DNA of 64,000 nucleotides from Clostridia bacterium (GTDB lineage Bacteria; Bacillota; Clostridia; Oscillospirales; SIG627): NCBI GenBank assembly GCA_017467865.1, contig JAFUKG010000032.1, positions 117,681 to 181,680 of the forward strand, read 5' to 3'. Shown piece by piece: positions 60,328 to 64,000 of this stretch (position 1 is its first letter; each line of letters starts with the position of its first letter). The notes under the pieces were generated by a model. It saw only the letters and a program-made list of their open reading frames with translations, ran no database searches and was not told where the DNA came from. The position numbers and the translations under genes were made by a program.

Positions 60328-60896
60328 CGCCCCGTGCTCTCGGCGTAAAGAAGGAGAAGCAGTACGAAAAGAGAAATATTGAAGGAGGAAAGCTTCACAA
60401 GATAGAGTCCTGCAATTGCAAGTAAAAAGAGAGTAATTCTCGATATGAGTCCTATGAGCCTTTCAGCTTCATAGGGCTCCTTTTTCATAAGGAGAAGGGC
60501 GGTCAATGCCTGCCCCCCGTCAAGGGCGGATATAGGCAGAAGATTGAAAATGCCGTAGAGTGCGTTTGACAGAAAAAAGAAAAATAAAAGAGGAGTAAAC
60601 CTCTGCCTCAGAATAAAGAAAATAATAAGTGAGGCTAAAAGATTAAATACACTCCCCGACACCGAAATAAGCACCTCACGGCGGTAGCTTATAAGCTTTT
60701 TTTCGAGAAAGATAGTGCCCCCGAAAAGCCCGAGCACCAACGCCCTCACCCTCACCCGAAGCACACTCATCACAGTCAGATGCCCTGCTTCGTGAATGAG
60801 GGCTGAGGTGAGCATGAGAAGAGTGTAAAGCCAGTCTCCCCCGATAAAAAAAACCGCAAGAGTTATAAGGAAGGAGGGCTCTGCAACTATCTTCAA
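60285..60896 (-). CDS. M50-family site-2 metalloprotease (SpoIVFB-like, short form)
   Basis: 203 aa, polytopic, with HEAGH and NLLPISALDGG motifs. TTG start. The 3' end overlaps the trmL 3' end by 43 nt. Confidence 0.75.
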   Translation of the reverse strand: MKIVAEPSFLITLAVFFIGGDWLYTLLMLTSALIHEAGHLTVMSVLRVRVRALVLGLFGGTIFLEKKLISYRREVLISVSGSVFNLLASLIIFFILRQRFTPLLFFFFLSNALYGIFNLLPISALDGGQALTALLLMKKEPYEAERLIGLISRITLFLLAIAGLYLVKLSSFNISLFVLLLLLYAESTGRHIISGYEFCRKTS

Positions 60897-61069
60897 ACGA
60901 GAACACCCCTATCCATATTAAAGACCTCTACCGCCTCGGGACTTTCCCGCATAGCGGAAATAAGGCGCTCTCCCGCAGAATAAAGGCTGTTATCTTCCCT
61001 TTTTGACATAAAGGTAATAATGGCTATTATAAGGCACAAAAGCGCCACAATAAATTTTTTTGACAAAAT

Positions 61070-61112
61070 AAAACCCCCGCATACAATTTTAAAAATTATA
61101 TGCGGGGTGTCT
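61070..61112 (-). terminator. Terminator after secF
   Basis: On the - strand: ccccgcata-(14-nt AT loop)-tatgcgggg followed by gttttatttt. Confidence 0.6.
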
Positions 61113-61124
61113 TTTTTTAATGAC

Positions 61125-62297
61125 TTATTTCTTCTTGGGGGTGAGGGTATACCAGAAGGAGCCTGAAAGGAATACCGAGGAGTAAAGACCTGCTACAATT
61201 CCCACGATAAGAGGAAGTGCAAATTCCTTGATAGAATGAACTCCGAGAATATATACCATTCCAATTGTAAGAAGAGTGGTGATGGTTGTGTTTATCGAAC
61301 GCATAACGGTCTGACGGCTTGAAATATTGATTATCACGCCGAAGTCGGTTTTGGACATCTTACGCTTGTTTTCACGAACTCTGTCGAAGAGTACGATGGT
61401 GGCGTTTATGGAATAACCGAGAATTGTCAGTATTGCCGCAATGATGTTACTGCTAACGGGGATGCCAAGAACAGAATATGTTGCAATAACGAGAATTATA
61501 TCGTGAATAAGGCAAAGAATAGCGGCAATTGCCGAGCGGAACTCAAATCTTACGGTGATATAGAGAAGCATGAGTATAACGGCAATTATTGTAGCGATAA
61601 ATGCTGAACGCTTAATTTCACCCGAGATGGATGCGCCTATTCTTGACTCTGCAAGAATTTCAACGGGAACTGTTCCGCCGTAAACTATCTCTTCCTCTTC
61701 GGAAGTCTCTGCTTCGGGTTCTGCTTCTGTCTCTGTTTCAGCTTCAGCCTCGCCTTCGGTTTCAGTCTGTGCTTCAACTTCTGCTTCTGCATCATCAACA
61801 GCCTCGGTGGTTTCCTCGGTTACTTCCTCGGTTGTCTCTTCGGTTGTCTCCTCTGCAGTTTCCTCTGTTGCTTCGTCTGTCTCTTCGCCGAGAAGCTCTT
61901 CAAGCTCTTCTTCGGTGAGTGTTTTTTCATCATCCTCTTCGGGAAGAGCGGCGCCATAGGCAATATTAAGAACGTTATAAACCTCGTCCATAACCTCGGG
62001 AGCAGCGTCAGCCGCCTTAATGATAACACAGCTTGAGTTGTCACCCGACTTCTGAATGGTGTTAACGGTAATTCCGTCAACCGAGTCTACAAGACTGCGA
62101 ACCTTATCAAGTTCTGCCTTGTCGAGAGTCTTGTGAAGGTCATACTGAAGAGTGAGACCGCCTGCAAAGTCGGTATCAAGATTAAAGCCCTTAACAAAGA
62201 TAAAGAGGAGAGCTGCGATAAGAACTATGGCAGATATAGTAAACCATACCTTGCGAAGTCCTGTTATTTCCATTTGTTCTTTAGAGATAAATTTCAT
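61125..62297 (-). CDS. secF: Protein translocase subunit SecF carrying an acidic E/T/A-rich insertion of about 86 aa
   Basis: 390 aa with a conserved C-terminal six-TM core (..YSINATIVLFDRVREN..). The insert spans residues 119-204. Confidence 0.9.
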   Translation of the reverse strand: MKFISKEQMEITGLRKVWFTISAIVLIAALLFIFVKGFNLDTDFAGGLTLQYDLHKTLDKAELDKVRSLVDSVDGITVNTIQKSGDNSSCVIIKAADAAPEVMDEVYNVLNIAYGAALPEEDDEKTLTEEELEELLGEETDEATEETAEETTEETTEEVTEETTEAVDDAEAEVEAQTETEGEAEAETETEAEPEAETSEEEEIVYGGTVPVEILAESRIGASISGEIKRSAFIATIIAVILMLLYITVRFEFRSAIAAILCLIHDIILVIATYSVLGIPVSSNIIAAILTILGYSINATIVLFDRVRENKRKMSKTDFGVIINISSRQTVMRSINTTITTLLTIGMVYILGVHSIKEFALPLIVGIVAGLYSSVFLSGSFWYTLTPKKK

Positions 62298-62315
62298 TGA
62301 CTCATTCCCCCTTTC

Positions 62316-63581
62316 TTATATTCCGTAGAGCCAAGGCTTCTTAGCCCCAAGCCCTACGATAGCATTCATAAGGAAGCGTGTTACAACAATTGCAGTGAAC
62401 ATTGAAACAACGATACCTATGAAGAGGGTTATAGCAAAGCCCTGAACAGTACCCGTACCGAAATACCAAAGCACTGCGGCTGCAATAAGAGTTGTGATAT
62501 TACTGTCGATGATAGAGGAGAAGGCACCCTTGAAGCCGGACTTAACCGCCGAAACTGTGCCCTTGCCGACTCTGAGCTCTTCCTTGATACGCTCAATAAT
62601 AATAACGTTAGCGTCAACCGCCATACCAATAGACAGAATAATACCTGCAACACCGGGGAGTGAGAGGTTAACCTTAGCAACAACGAGTACAACAGCCTCT
62701 ATTGCCACGTAAGCGATAAGAGCGATAGCCGACACGATGCCGGGGAGTCTGTAATATACGATCATAAAGAGCATAACGAGAAGCACGCCGATTGCACCTG
62801 CAAAAAGTGCTGTTTCAAGCGCCTTTTCACCGAGAGTAGGACCAACGGTATCAGCTCTCAGCTCTGCAAGTGAGAAGGGAAGCTGACCTGAAGCGATAAC
62901 GCTTGCAAGGTAGGTAGCGCTCTCTTTAGTGAAGTCGCCCGTGATTACAACGTCCTCGGTAACAAGCTTTTCGGAAACTCTGGGAACGGAAATTATCTCT
63001 TGGTCAAGCATGATCATGATATAGTTTCCTTCTTCTGCTACAAGCTTCGCCGCTTCCTCTGTTGCAAGAGCGAACTTTTCTACCGCCTCGGGCTTAAGGG
63101 AAACGGATACAAAATACTCGGGAGTGAGTGACTGCTCGGAAACCTGACCGTACTGCATTGAAGCCGACTTGATGTCACTTCCAGTCATAACGACCTGCCA
63201 TTTGGAATTCACAAATTCAAGCTCGCCAATGTTTCCGAGAAGGTTTCTTGCTTCGTCAAGGTCCTTAACCTCGGGGATTTCAATCTGAATTCTCTTGTCG
63301 TCCTTCATCTGTGTAATAGTGGCTTCTGTGTAGCCTGCATTTGAAAGACGGTTTGTCATAATGGATACAACCGTGTCCATATCTGCATCGCTGACGCTTC
63401 CAAGGTCGTCAACGTCGGGCTCGTAAACAAGAAGTGTTCCTCCTGCAAGGTCAAGACCCTTTCTTATAGCGCCTTCATCAAAAACGCCGGGAAGAAAGCT
63501 TCCTATACCGCAAAGAGCCACATATGACACTAAAGCAATAAGAACTATTGCCGCAATAAGTTTCGTAAGATTCTTTGCCAT
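62316..63581 (-). CDS. secD: Protein translocase subunit SecD
   Basis: Start moved to the in-frame ATG (MAKNLTKLIAAIV..), which follows aaagga. Contains ..LGPTLGEKALE.. and ..SIGMAVDANVIIIERIKEE.. . Confidence 0.9.
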   Translation of the reverse strand: MAKNLTKLIAAIVLIALVSYVALCGIGSFLPGVFDEGAIRKGLDLAGGTLLVYEPDVDDLGSVSDADMDTVVSIMTNRLSNAGYTEATITQMKDDKRIQIEIPEVKDLDEARNLLGNIGELEFVNSKWQVVMTGSDIKSASMQYGQVSEQSLTPEYFVSVSLKPEAVEKFALATEEAAKLVAEEGNYIMIMLDQEIISVPRVSEKLVTEDVVITGDFTKESATYLASVIASGQLPFSLAELRADTVGPTLGEKALETALFAGAIGVLLVMLFMIVYYRLPGIVSAIALIAYVAIEAVVLVVAKVNLSLPGVAGIILSIGMAVDANVIIIERIKEELRVGKGTVSAVKSGFKGAFSSIIDSNITTLIAAAVLWYFGTGTVQGFAITLFIGIVVSMFTAIVVTRFLMNAIVGLGAKKPWLYGI

Positions 63582-63721
63582 TTTAATATTCCTTTCGTAA
63601 AAATATACTTTTAATATTATACTACATTCAGTAAAAATTGTCAATATAACTTATTTTTGTGTTGATTATTTTTAATTTTTATGCTATTATTCATAATGTA
63701 TTAAATTTTGAGGAGTTTAAT

Positions 63722-64000
63722 ATGAGCAACAGACCCTTTTTCAATGAACACAGAGATTTAAAGTATGCAATTCCGGCTATGAGAAAGAAAGGCAACACTA
63801 TGGACAATTCCTTCAAGAGAGCGTCAAGTGAGTACGCGTTCAACTACACCGAGCACCTTGTAAAAAGGGGCGCGGATAAAAATATTATAATTGGGAGGGC
63901 TTTAATCGTTCTTCTCACCCTCATTCTGTTCGGAGCAGTAGTATTTCTCACCTTCGGACCTATAAAGCTTCCTCACATAGTTGTGGTTGCCGTTGTCCTC
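63722..64000 (+). CDS. Hypothetical membrane protein, 5' part only (runs off the window)
   Basis: Hand-translated open frame MSNRPFFNEHRDLKY...IIIGRALIVLLTLILFGAVVFLTFGP.. with SD gaggag 7 nt upstream. Not in the ORF track because it has no stop codon. Confidence 0.45.
   Translation, partial: MSNRPFFNEHRDLKYAIPAMRKKGNTMDNSFKRASSEYAFNYTEHLVKRGADKNIIIGRALIVLLTLILFGAVVFLTFGPIKLPHIVVVAVVL

Overview
This 64-kb window comes from a low/moderate-GC Firmicutes genome, probably Clostridia. That call is inferred from gene content (CotH, a SpoIVFB-like M50 protease, DUF951, mfd followed by PrsA-like lipoproteins, AG-rich Shine-Dalgarno sites); no database search was possible. The window has three parts. 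(1) 1..20866 is a perfect, spacerless palindrome of 2 x 10,433 bp. It runs rpoB(3' part)-rpoC-rpsL-rpsG-fusA-tuf on the + strand, folds back at the apex of the tuf terminator hairpin, and returns as tuf-fusA-rpsG-rpsL-rpoC-rpoB on the - strand. Only the - arm continues into unique DNA (full-length rpoB ends at 22681). A fold-back assembly or library chimera at a contig end is the most likely explanation, but this must be checked against reads. (2) 23-41 kb looks accessory. It holds two xylose-isomerase-like TIM-barrel genes, an OmpR/HisKA two-component system next to a VTC-domain / DUF4956 / CotH-kinase operon, a GH42-like protein with a divergent AraC regulator, two PrsA-like lipoproteins, mfd and a SLOG/XRE gene pair. 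It ends in about 900 bp of non-coding DNA containing a candidate type I toxin-antitoxin-like convergent small-ORF/sRNA locus, iteron-like repeats and members of a dispersed hairpin-repeat family. (3) 41-64 kb is almost entirely on the - strand. It starts with a tightly packed five-gene operon (three of four junctions overlap) that joins two sugar-type ABC permeases to a HlyD-like adaptor with a coiled coil of about 395 residues, a MacB-periplasmic-domain-like protein and an 813-aa solute-binding lipoprotein, with no ATPase. Housekeeping genes follow (tmk, tagA-like, U32, M18 aminopeptidase, SLT, coaE, tsaC/sua5, prfA, DUF951, ppiB, ACP plus acyl ligase, trmL, M50 protease, secDF), along with a Cys/His-rich repeat lipoprotein. 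I saw no rRNA, tRNA, CRISPR array, transposase or integrase. Coordinates of hand-read non-coding features may be off by 1-2 nt.
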